37,372 bases of DNA, taken from the sequence record SRR22947725_3405; one strand, written 5' to 3'. Every line of letters begins with the position of its first letter. The stretch's first letter is position 1. The notes under the pieces are model-generated. The model did not search any database and was not told where the DNA came from. It worked only from the letters and a program-made list of their open reading frames with translations. Below, piece after piece: positions 17,639 to 26,115 of the stretch. A program made the position numbers and the translations under genes.

Positions 17639-18528
17639 AAGGCAGGAGGTGTGTAATCCTTGGAATTAAAGTAATAGAGCGGCACATCATTACGGCTATC
17701 ATCCCCACGAAGAAAAGGAACTCCATTCGTCGAAAGCAATCGCCCGCTTACCAATGTTCGAAATATTTTTTCATACCTACCTACACGATATTGAATATCA
17801 GGTCGTCCGCTGTTCCCGATCTGCACCTTGGTAACTGGCCATCGGAATTTCAATTGAACATCATAGAGATTGGTCGCCACGTTGGTTGCGAGTGAAAACC
17901 GGTTTGTAGTAATGGGAACGGAGTTTTGATGGAAAGAGTTGGTAGGAGATGGAAGATAAGGCACGATCTTGGTCGATAACAAATAAGAGAATGAGTTTTC
18001 CTGAAAATCGCTTACCTGAAATCGCTCACCAGCAGAGCCACTGATGGCGCGCACCATGGCAGAAACTTCATTGGTCGAGTAGATCACAGCTCCGTTTCGA
18101 CGCACATCCACCACTTCAAGATGCGGGGTGGAGAGCATTCCCAATATGAAATGAGCATTCACCAAAGGTACGGCTTGATTAAAATCATTGACTCTTTCAG
18201 CAATCCCCACGGACCGGAGATTACCCATGTGATTACTGATTGTAATGGAATCCACAAAATTAGTGAGCGTATCAAAACCTAAAGCACCACTGCGGATAGC
18301 TTCCATGAATAAGGTACCATCCTGGTTAATGATCGTCTCCTCACGGTTCAAGCGCTGCGCCTCAAAACCGGTAGGCATGATCCCGATAATGGCCACCATC
18401 GCAAACGCAACAATCGCGATAGACAACGCAATCTCCACCATAGTGAAACCACTGGTGGAAGATTGGCCCTTCATCATTGGGCCTCCTTGGTTATCTTGAA
18501 TCTGTGGTTTTTTGGATGTGATTTGCAT
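17635..18528 (-). CDS. PilV/GspI-like minor pilin (Verru_Chthon B-like)
   Basis: SG|FTMVEIALSIAIVAFAMVAIIGIMPTG. The ATG at 18528 overlaps the upstream stop (TAATG). Confidence 0.8.
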   Translation of the reverse strand: MQITSKKPQIQDNQGGPMMKGQSSTSGFTMVEIALSIAIVAFAMVAIIGIMPTGFEAQRLNREETIINQDGTLFMEAIRSGALGFDTLTNFVDSITISNHMGNLRSVGIAERVNDFNQAVPLVNAHFILGMLSTPHLEVVDVRRNGAVIYSTNEVSAMVRAISGSAGERFQVSDFQENSFSYLLSTKIVPYLPSPTNSFHQNSVPITTNRFSLATNVATNLYDVQLKFRWPVTKVQIGNSGRPDIQYRVGRYEKIFRTLVSGRLLSTNGVPFLRGDDSRNDVPLYYFNSKDYTPPAL

Positions 18529-19346
18529 TAGTCCAGTTCCGGTAAGACAGCCTTGGCGCGTCCTGTTAACCAATTGACATATACGTGGTGATTCCCGTCC
18601 TCTTGATTCCCAATTCCTGATTTATCTACAATATCAACCAGTCCAATTTGGGGATTCCCGTTGGCATCTCTGGGAACAAAAATACTCCCCTCTCTGAAAG
18701 TAACCACTTCATCGCGTCCCGAGATCAATTGCCCTTGAGCATCGAACCCAAGAACGGGCAATGGCAGCCTCTGACCTGTTGTGAAAAACTCGATATTGCT
18801 GTATGGAAACGAGCGTTGAACGGGGTTAGCCATCGCTTGAAACTGTGGGTTGAACTTGTTGGTCTGGAAATAAATCCCATCTGGAAGGAATCTCCAGTCT
18901 GTTAAAAACCTGGTATTGGACTGGCCGGGCTGATCTCCCGCAGTTCTTGTTGCGTAAAGTGCATAAGCAGCATACTGCTCGGGGATTAATTCAATCAACC
19001 TTTCAAGCTCGGATTCAGGCAGGTTTTGCAAAAGACCAGGATCAGCAACTAGAGATGCAGTCAGGAACGTCAGGTAAACAGGACTACGATTATTGATGGC
19101 CAGCGTACGCGCCAGATTAAGATCATCGATCAATTGGCGATTGGCCGCCTTGAGGGCGTTCGATTTGTTGAGCCCCTTCAGAGACGGGAGGGTCACAGCC
19201 GAAAGCAACCCAATAATTGCCACCACGACGAGAAGCTCGATCAGAGAGAAACCCCAATCAGATCCACGAAACCCTTTCGGGGCTTGCTTACAAGACGCCA
19301 TAGGAGGCGTCCCAGAAGCAGGAAAGTTGGCAGCGTTCACTTTCAT
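18528..19346 (-). CDS. FimT/FimU/GspH-like minor pilin (Verru_Chthon D-like)
   Basis: WG|FSLIELLVVVAIIG, DLNLARTLAI..R.PVY, FDAQG and C-terminal VNWLTGRA. Confidence 0.85.
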   Translation of the reverse strand: MKVNAANFPASGTPPMASCKQAPKGFRGSDWGFSLIELLVVVAIIGLLSAVTLPSLKGLNKSNALKAANRQLIDDLNLARTLAINNRSPVYLTFLTASLVADPGLLQNLPESELERLIELIPEQYAAYALYATRTAGDQPGQSNTRFLTDWRFLPDGIYFQTNKFNPQFQAMANPVQRSFPYSNIEFFTTGQRLPLPVLGFDAQGQLISGRDEVVTFREGSIFVPRDANGNPQIGLVDIVDKSGIGNQEDGNHHVYVNWLTGRAKAVLPELD

Positions 19347-19349
19347 GAT

Positions 19350-20177
19350 TTATTCCCAGCTGAGAATGTTATCCTTGTTGAAGCCCGATACGGCCGTGTT
19401 GGCTGAACTGGCTTGCAAGTCTGGCCCAACAGACCAGATCATGACATCACCAGCATACTCAAATGGGTTATTGGTATTGTTGGCGACAGGCGCCAAACCA
19501 CCGAAACCAGCAAGGCTGTTCTGCTTTCTGGATACCGCAGGATTGCTGTAGAATCCATCACGGCATTTACCATCATAATTTAAATCAAGAGTGATGATAT
19601 AGGGAGTTCCCCAGGGATCTCTGTAAACACCTTGCGCATCAATTCCACCCGCATTGGGATTTTCTGTTCTTTTTACCCCGTCAAGAAATGGGATTTTCTG
19701 CGGGTTTTGAGAGTGTCCCTGGTTTTGAGTAGGTATTCCATTTGGATAAGCTTCCCAGTCCATAAGGATAGCAAGAATATCTGCGTTGCTAGCCTGTAAA
19801 GGAATGTTTCGATTGCCAATACCCCCTCCACTCATGTCGATGTTGGAACCGTTTTTATTGCCTAGAACCGTGCCTGATGAAGAGGCATAAAGGTTGGCGG
19901 TTCCATAGGTGAAATCCGGATTTGTGTTGTTATTGAGGCTTGCCCTTACCTGTTTTGATGAGGGCAGACGACTGTATGTGGCGTTGTATTGCTGGATAGC
20001 ACCTTCCATCGCTTTGATGTCGTTACGCGCAACAAGAATTTTTGCCTTCTCCTTGGCTTTGGATAGAGCAGGAAGAAGCATACTGGCGAGAATACCGATG
20101 ATTGCGATAACCACTAAAAGTTCGATCAAGGTGAATCCTGATCGATTGCGTGAAATCCAATTTGTTTGAGTCTTCAT
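19350..20177 (-). CDS. GspG-like type IV pilin or pseudopilin
   Basis: [40 protein letters not shown] and DNILSW. DLNYDG is a possible Ca-binding loop. Confidence 0.88.
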   Translation of the reverse strand: MKTQTNWISRNRSGFTLIELLVVIAIIGILASMLLPALSKAKEKAKILVARNDIKAMEGAIQQYNATYSRLPSSKQVRASLNNNTNPDFTYGTANLYASSSGTVLGNKNGSNIDMSGGGIGNRNIPLQASNADILAILMDWEAYPNGIPTQNQGHSQNPQKIPFLDGVKRTENPNAGGIDAQGVYRDPWGTPYIITLDLNYDGKCRDGFYSNPAVSRKQNSLAGFGGLAPVANNTNNPFEYAGDVMIWSVGPDLQASSANTAVSGFNKDNILSWE

Positions 20178-20224
20178 GATTTTTGACTGTTTTTGATACT
20201 AAAAATGTAATCAACCTTTTGCGG

Positions 20225-20989
20225 TTATGGTTGGCTCAATGCTTCAAAGACCTTGGGCTGAGTGCTCCAGTTGTTGACTCGATAAATTTTGTTTCCAATC
20301 ACCAAGTCAGCCCATAGGTCGAAGCTTTGCTGGTTGAAACGATTCAAACCTGATGATCGATACTGCCATGTGTTCATTCCACGGAACCTTTGATTTCTGC
20401 CCTGATATGGACGAAGGGATTCCATGCTTCGATTTCTACCGAGAACATCCTGATAATTACCTACAATCTGTTTGAGAGGCCAGGGTATGGGAGCTTTTAA
20501 CACTCGGATGCTGGGGTTCTCAGAGATTTCTCCCACCTCCGATGCCTTCAGATCCAGGTAGCCTTTGACCTCAGCCTGATTACGAGCAACATTTTGAAAA
20601 CCATCTCTACCGAAAAACCGATTGATCTGTGGGCGACCGATCTCATCTGAGCCACTCAAGGATGTGTAAGTACGCCTTTCAGTGTAAACTGTTCCGGTTA
20701 ATTCATAGAAGAGTTGATTGGTGACAGTGTTGACAACACCGTTTCGCAGTAAAGCATCAGGAGGGAAAGAGCCAATGTCAGCATGATAACTTTCAATGGC
20801 CGTAGAAACGTTGTTCAGAAGCGCCGACGTTTGACTTAGACGCGCTTTGGTTGTTGCCACCCCCGAAACTCCAACAATAAGGGAAGCCAAAATGCCAATG
20901 ACAGCAATCACGACCAACAGCTCAATGAGCGTAAAACCCTTCAGGCTTGGAACCCGGGTTATTTGGCTTTGGGCATTCTCGTGTTTCAT
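20225..20989 (-). CDS. GspG-like type IV pilin or pseudopilin
   Basis: [36 protein letters not shown] and VNNW. Confidence 0.85.
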   Translation of the reverse strand: MKHENAQSQITRVPSLKGFTLIELLVVIAVIGILASLIVGVSGVATTKARLSQTSALLNNVSTAIESYHADIGSFPPDALLRNGVVNTVTNQLFYELTGTVYTERRTYTSLSGSDEIGRPQINRFFGRDGFQNVARNQAEVKGYLDLKASEVGEISENPSIRVLKAPIPWPLKQIVGNYQDVLGRNRSMESLRPYQGRNQRFRGMNTWQYRSSGLNRFNQQSFDLWADLVIGNKIYRVNNWSTQPKVFEALSQP

Positions 20990-21005
20990 GCTGCTTTCAT
21001 ATCCG

Positions 21006-21302
21006 TTAAGTCATTGTTGAGGAACGCATGGACTTATCCATTTCGGATTCGACGCGCTCCCCCAGCCATTGTTTGATCATGCTTTGATAGTTCAAATACC
21101 TTGATCTAGCAAGACGCTTAATTCTTGATAGCATTTTCGGGTCCATACGCAGCGTGATCGTGACAGATTCTGAAGATTCGCTGCCCGCCGCTACCGAGTT
21201 CTGCATTAAACGCATTTCAATCGTATTTTCTCCCCAGAAAGCAGCTTCAGCCTGCTCGCTGTCAAATAAAGGGACATCTTCCCAATCGGCAACTGCATTC
21301 AT
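21006..21302 (-). CDS. BrnA/CopG-like antitoxin (RHH)
   Basis: P.F.SE.AEAAFW N-terminus and RHH segment TITLRM..K.LARSRYLNYQSMIKQWL. Start is ATG 21302 or TTG 21311. Confidence 0.8.
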   Translation of the reverse strand: MNAVADWEDVPLFDSEQAEAAFWGENTIEMRLMQNSVAAGSESSESVTITLRMDPKMLSRIKRLARSRYLNYQSMIKQWLGERVESEMDKSMRSSTMT

Positions 21303-21332
21303 ATCAAGCAATATTTTGTTAATCCCCGCTCT

Positions 21333-21620
21333 CTAAGTGATCATTTGACTAAGCTTTCTTTGGTAGAAATAAGCTTCATCATCCGTAAATGGACGGGATA
21401 AAATCACTCTAACTTGCTTTCCGTTCGTTCGAAAAACACTAAAAATCCCAACTCCTGTCGCTGAACGGCCCAAATTAAAAAATCTGGCCTGAGCGGAAAA
21501 CCTCGATGCGTCGGGTAACAACCTGATAGCAAACGGGTCTTCGAAAGATTCTTCTACGTCTCGCAACGCCAACGAACTTTCATCCGATACCGCCGAGGAG
21601 TTGTCCCAATCAAAGTCCAT
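21333..21620 (-). CDS. BrnT-like toxin-family protein, degenerate
   Basis: MDFDWD, F.DP, R...LG and VRVILSR..E..FY. It lies upstream of the antitoxin but lacks the usual KxxxNxxKHG motif. Confidence 0.75.
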   Translation of the reverse strand: MDFDWDNSSAVSDESSLALRDVEESFEDPFAIRLLPDASRFSAQARFFNLGRSATGVGIFSVFRTNGKQVRVILSRPFTDDEAYFYQRKLSQMIT

Positions 21621-21645
21621 TCAAAATGACTCGTATATCGATCGC

Positions 21646-21695
21646 AAATACATCGTCAATACAATGTATTTACAATTACTGATTTTGAGTGTCAA
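21646..21695 (-). promoter_or_regulatory. Promoter and palindromic operator region of the brnT/brnA-like pair
   Basis: TTGACA (21695-21690), N17, TAAATA. Nested inverted repeats AAATACAT (21646-53)/ATGTATTT (21664-71) and AATACA-A-TGTATT (21658-70). Confidence 0.5.
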
Positions 21696-21714
21696 CCGAA
21701 AACCCCTGTTTTGC

Positions 21715-21754
21715 GATAAAAGGCCGCCTCTCTGGTGGTTGCCAGAAAGGCGGC
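21715..21754 (-). terminator. Intrinsic terminator after pilC
   Basis: GCCGCCT.TCTGG / CCAGA.AGGCGGC stem, followed on the minus strand by a short T-run. Confidence 0.7.
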
Positions 21755-21792
21755 AGTGTAAATCATATGTTTGATTCAGTCAGCCAGACAAC

Positions 21793-23127
21793 TTAACCAC
21801 CCAACTTGTCAATCAGAGCAATCAGCGGTAAGAAAAGGGCAATCACAATACTACCAACGATGATGGCAAGAAAAACGATCATGATCGGCTCGAGAAGTGA
21901 GGTGAGCGCAGCCACTGCATTGTCCACTTCCTCATCGTAATTGTCAGCGATACGCATGAGCATTTCAGGCAAAGCACCTGTTTGCTCTCCCACATCAATC
22001 ATACTGATCACCATAGGAGGGAATACTTTCGAAGTCTCCAGAGGAAGGGTGATGGTATCTCCCTCTTTGACGCTTTCGTGCACCATGGTTACTGCTCGGG
22101 CGACCACCATGTTCCCGGAAGTTTCACGCACGATGGTCAGTGCCTGCAGAATGGGCACACCACTGCTCACAAGCGTACCAAGTGTTCTGCTAAACCTCGA
22201 GATGGAAACTTTGCTGACCAAGGGGCCCACTACAGGCGCCTTGAGCTTCCCAAAGTCCAGCCAGTAACTACCAAACTTGGTCTTGGCCAGAATTTTCAAG
22301 AAGATAAAAAAAGCAATCGGATACCAAACAGCGGGGCCTGGAACCGGCCAGTCACCTGCCCATCCAGGGAAAATAATGGTTTTATCCTTAATGTAATCAC
22401 TGATGTTCATCACGACCTGCGTAAACCCCGGAAGAGGTTCACCTTCAAGCATATCTGCAAATATTTGTTTGAACTTTGGCACCACCACAACCATGAGCAA
22501 CAAGAGAATGAGCCCTGCAACAACCATCACAGCAGCCGGATAGAACATGGCCGCAATAACCTTGCCTTTGATTTTTTCGGCTTTCTCCATGAATTCCGAA
22601 AGACGGTTGAGCACTACTTCAAGCACACCACCCATCTCACCGGCTTTTACCATGTTGATAAAGAGCTTGTTGAAAGTCTTCGGATGTTGCGCCAAACCTT
22701 CGGAAAATGTGCTGCCTCCTTCAATGGCAACTGCAAGCTCCTCAATGATTCCCTTCAAGGCAGGATTTCTTTCCTGCTTTCCCAGAACGCGTAGACCTCT
22801 CAGCAATGGAAGTCCTGCGTCAACCAATGTTGCAAGCTGCCGAGTAAAAGTAGTCAGCACCTTGGTTTTGACCTTACCCTGGAGAAACTTGGGCATGGGG
22901 ATGTTAATATCACCTTTCTTGCCCTTTTTCTTGGCTTTGGCAGGCTTTTTTCCCCCTTTTTTGCCCTTGGCACCCTTTTTAGGTTCCGCTGTTGCCTCTG
23001 TGACCTTGGTCGGAAAGAAGCCCATATCCTTCAGGCGATTGATAGCCTCATTTTGAGAGGCTACATCTAGAGTGCCTTTTTCCTCCTTGCCACGTTGATT
23101 CATGGCGACGTAATTAAATTTGGGCAT
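21793..23127 (-). CDS. pilC: Type IV pilus platform protein PilC/GspF
   Basis: FTRQLATLVDAGLPL, AGEMGGVLE, FSRTLGTLVSSGVPIL, VGEQTGAL and LLEPIMIVFL. Confidence 0.96.
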   Translation of the reverse strand: MPKFNYVAMNQRGKEEKGTLDVASQNEAINRLKDMGFFPTKVTEATAEPKKGAKGKKGGKKPAKAKKKGKKGDINIPMPKFLQGKVKTKVLTTFTRQLATLVDAGLPLLRGLRVLGKQERNPALKGIIEELAVAIEGGSTFSEGLAQHPKTFNKLFINMVKAGEMGGVLEVVLNRLSEFMEKAEKIKGKVIAAMFYPAAVMVVAGLILLLLMVVVVPKFKQIFADMLEGEPLPGFTQVVMNISDYIKDKTIIFPGWAGDWPVPGPAVWYPIAFFIFLKILAKTKFGSYWLDFGKLKAPVVGPLVSKVSISRFSRTLGTLVSSGVPILQALTIVRETSGNMVVARAVTMVHESVKEGDTITLPLETSKVFPPMVISMIDVGEQTGALPEMLMRIADNYDEEVDNAVAALTSLLEPIMIVFLAIIVGSIVIALFLPLIALIDKLGG

Positions 23128-23141
23128 AACGGGAACCAGTT

Positions 23142-24875
23142 TTAAGTGTATTTCAAGATTTCTTCAACGGAGGAATCTCCAGTGAAAATACTGCGAAGAC
23201 CATCCTCACGAAGGGTAATCATTCCATCCTCTACCGCCTTCTGGCGCACCACGACAGTAGGAGCACGATCATTGATGAGGGAGCGAATCGATTCAGAAAC
23301 TTCCAATAATTCGTAAATCCCTCTCCGGCCTTTATAACCGGTATCATTACAATCTCCACAGCCACTCCCATAGTAAAACTCCTTATCACCAATATCTTCT
23401 GGAGACAATTTCAATTGATTCAATTGCTGGTCGGTGGGCTCAAAAGGGGTCTTGCATGAACTGCAGACTTTTCTGACCAATCGTTGCGCCAAGACCCCCA
23501 TCAGTGTCGATGAAATAAGGAATGGTTCAACTCCCATGTCAACAAGACGCGTCACCGCCCCGGGAGCATCATTGGTGTGCAGTGTACTGAGAACCAAGTG
23601 ACCCGTAAGCGATGCTTGAATAGCAATTTGTGAGGTTTCCAAATCACGCATTTCCCCAACCATAATCACATCGGGATCCTGACGCAAAAAGGCTCGCAAC
23701 GCTTTTGCAAAAGTCATTCCCACGGACTCTTTCACCGGAACCTGCATGATGCCTTCGATGTCAAATTCGACAGGGTCCTCAACGGTCAAAAGTTTATGAT
23801 CTGTTTTGTTGATACGCCTCAGACAGGAATAGAGAGTGGTTGTTTTACCACAGCCCGTCGGACCCGTGACCACAAAAATACCGTTGGGTTGTTTGATTGC
23901 CTGCTGGACATAGTCATGGACGCTATCAGGGAAGCCTAGATGTTCGAGTTCAAGCGATACGGCAGAACGATCAAGCACGCGCAGCACAACGGATTCACCA
24001 AAGGCTGTTGGAAGCGTCGATAGACGCAGATCAACCTGTCTTCCACCTATGCTACAGGAGATGCGTCCGTCCTGAGGCATTCGTCTTTCGGAAATATCCA
24101 GGTTGGCCATGATTTTCAGACGGGAGGCCACTGGCATTGCCAAATGTAAAGGCGGAGGAGTCATTTCATAAAGAGCACCGTCAACACGATAACGTATTTT
24201 GAATTCTTCTTCGAATGGCTCGAAGTGGATATCGCTTGCTCTGTCCTGAACCGCTTGCAATAAAACCAGATTGACAAATTTGACAACGGGCATCTCATCC
24301 TCATCGGAAGTGAGGTCCAATGCGCCGTCCTCCACAACGTCACCAACCTCAGCTGCATCCACGTCGGCTTCAGCATCCATCTGGCTCAGGATATCGGCAA
24401 TCCCACTTTCAATTTGAACAGTACTTGCTCCTCCTCCCTCGGCAGCATAAGCCTCGCTCAGGCACTGCGCTACTTGAGCAGGATCTGCCAGAACGGTCTG
24501 AATAGGAAGGGGAACCACATAACCCAGTTCATCGACCTTGGAGGGATCCAATGGATCAACAAAAGCCACCTTCAACATTTCATCTTCCAACCCAACCGGA
24601 ACACACTGATAAGCCTGAGCTGTTTCAGAGTTGAGCATTTCCTTGAGCTCGTCGGTTACCATGCCGGGATTGACTTGCATGACCTCAGCCCCAAGATAAC
24701 CAGACACGACCTGAAGCATGGAGTCTACGTCCATGTAGCCGTAATCTTTGATGATGTCCATCACCGGATTGCCACTGCGGTTCAACTCTTCGTTGATTTC
24801 CTCCAGCTGCAGATCATCCAGCATCTCCTGGTCCCTGAGCAAGCTTAGCAATGGATTGGATATCACTTCAGACAT
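23142..24875 (-). CDS. pilB: PilB/GspE assembly ATPase (second copy)
   Basis: [13 protein letters not shown], Walker [31 protein letters not shown] and two CxxC Zn motifs. Confidence 0.93.
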   Translation of the reverse strand: MSEVISNPLLSLLRDQEMLDDLQLEEINEELNRSGNPVMDIIKDYGYMDVDSMLQVVSGYLGAEVMQVNPGMVTDELKEMLNSETAQAYQCVPVGLEDEMLKVAFVDPLDPSKVDELGYVVPLPIQTVLADPAQVAQCLSEAYAAEGGGASTVQIESGIADILSQMDAEADVDAAEVGDVVEDGALDLTSDEDEMPVVKFVNLVLLQAVQDRASDIHFEPFEEEFKIRYRVDGALYEMTPPPLHLAMPVASRLKIMANLDISERRMPQDGRISCSIGGRQVDLRLSTLPTAFGESVVLRVLDRSAVSLELEHLGFPDSVHDYVQQAIKQPNGIFVVTGPTGCGKTTTLYSCLRRINKTDHKLLTVEDPVEFDIEGIMQVPVKESVGMTFAKALRAFLRQDPDVIMVGEMRDLETSQIAIQASLTGHLVLSTLHTNDAPGAVTRLVDMGVEPFLISSTLMGVLAQRLVRKVCSSCKTPFEPTDQQLNQLKLSPEDIGDKEFYYGSGCGDCNDTGYKGRRGIYELLEVSESIRSLINDRAPTVVVRQKAVEDGMITLREDGLRSIFTGDSSVEEILKYT

Positions 24876-24900
24876 AATAAATTAGATATTCTTCAAAACT

Positions 24901-26001
24901 TTATTCTTGGGCCTCAGCAGCAGCTCGTTCTTCGTGAATTTCCTGCAGTTTTGCCAAGACGGTTGCTGGATCCTGTGCTTTGGTAATCACCTGTTCTTCA
25001 TCAATGATCCCTTGCTGGTATTTGTCTATCAAGTAACCATCCAGAGTCACCATTCCATATTTGGCGCCGGTCTGGATATCTGAATTGATGCGAAATGTCT
25101 TGTTATCACGAATCAGCGCACCAATGGAAGGCGTATTGTTCATAATCTCAAACACAGCTACTCGCCCGGGCTTATCGCAACGCGGCAACAAGAGCTGCGA
25201 AATGACCGCCTGCAAAACAGTAGAAAGCTGAATACGAATCATCTCCTGCTGATTGGTGGGGAAGGCATTCACCAAACGGTCAATGGTCTTGGCTGCGCCT
25301 GTTGTATGCAGCGTTCCAAAAACCAAGTGACCCGTTTCCGCCGCTGTGATTGCAGCTTCAATCGTTTCCAGATCTCGCATTTCACCCACAAGAATCACAT
25401 CGGGATCCTGGCGCAGAGCACGCCTCAGAGCCTCTGCAAAACTTGGAACATCCACATGCACTTCACGCTGAGTGATCACGGCGCTTTTATGTGTGTGGTA
25501 ATATTCAATGGGATCCTCAACCGTGATCATGTGAACATCATCGCGTTCGATGTTCATGATATTCAGCAAGGATGCTAGGGTTGTGCTTTTACCTGAACCA
25601 GTTGGCCCTGTAACAAGTACCAGTCCTCGAGGCTTGTAGAGAAGTTCTTTTACACTGGGCGGGATCCCAATTTGCTCCATGGTGAGCAGGGTACTGGGAA
25701 TCTGCCGAAGAACCATTGCGAAATCACCACGCTCTTTGAAGACACTGACACGAAAACGAGCAGCTTCACCAAAGGCGAAAGCAAAGTCGGCACCACCATT
25801 TTCACGCACCTGCTGAATATGATCCTCAGAAGAAATACTCCTCATGAGTTCCTCGCAGTCATCCGCACTCAATGGCGGCCCCTCTACTCTATGCAATGTC
25901 CCGTGAACACGAATAGCAGGAGGGATCCCATTGCGAATGTGCAAATCTGATGATCCCTCTGAAACCACCAACTGCAAAAGATCTGACATTGAGTAAGACA
26001 T
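24901..26001 (-). CDS. pilT: Retraction ATPase PilT
   Basis: [45 protein letters not shown] and AIRNLIRE-like SIGALIRD. No Zn motif. Confidence 0.95.
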   Translation of the reverse strand: MSYSMSDLLQLVVSEGSSDLHIRNGIPPAIRVHGTLHRVEGPPLSADDCEELMRSISSEDHIQQVRENGGADFAFAFGEAARFRVSVFKERGDFAMVLRQIPSTLLTMEQIGIPPSVKELLYKPRGLVLVTGPTGSGKSTTLASLLNIMNIERDDVHMITVEDPIEYYHTHKSAVITQREVHVDVPSFAEALRRALRQDPDVILVGEMRDLETIEAAITAAETGHLVFGTLHTTGAAKTIDRLVNAFPTNQQEMIRIQLSTVLQAVISQLLLPRCDKPGRVAVFEIMNNTPSIGALIRDNKTFRINSDIQTGAKYGMVTLDGYLIDKYQQGIIDEEQVITKAQDPATVLAKLQEIHEERAAAEAQE

Positions 26002-26115
26002 ACGTCGTATAACTAAATTTTAAATGATAAGGGCAAGGCACTCAAAACGAACTGTGCCATTATTCCAAGTTTCTTTTTTTATAATTTGGTAGCAATACTT
26101 GGGCCAGATCAGTGT

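Noticed and set aside
22915-22985. Homopolymer-rich tract in pilC as a phase-variation site
   Set aside because: It encodes a Lys/Gly-rich linker in frame, the runs are short, and the ORF is intact.
26044-26059. TGGCAC upstream of pilT as a sigma-54 promoter
   Set aside because: No GC at the -12 position (GG-N10-TT).
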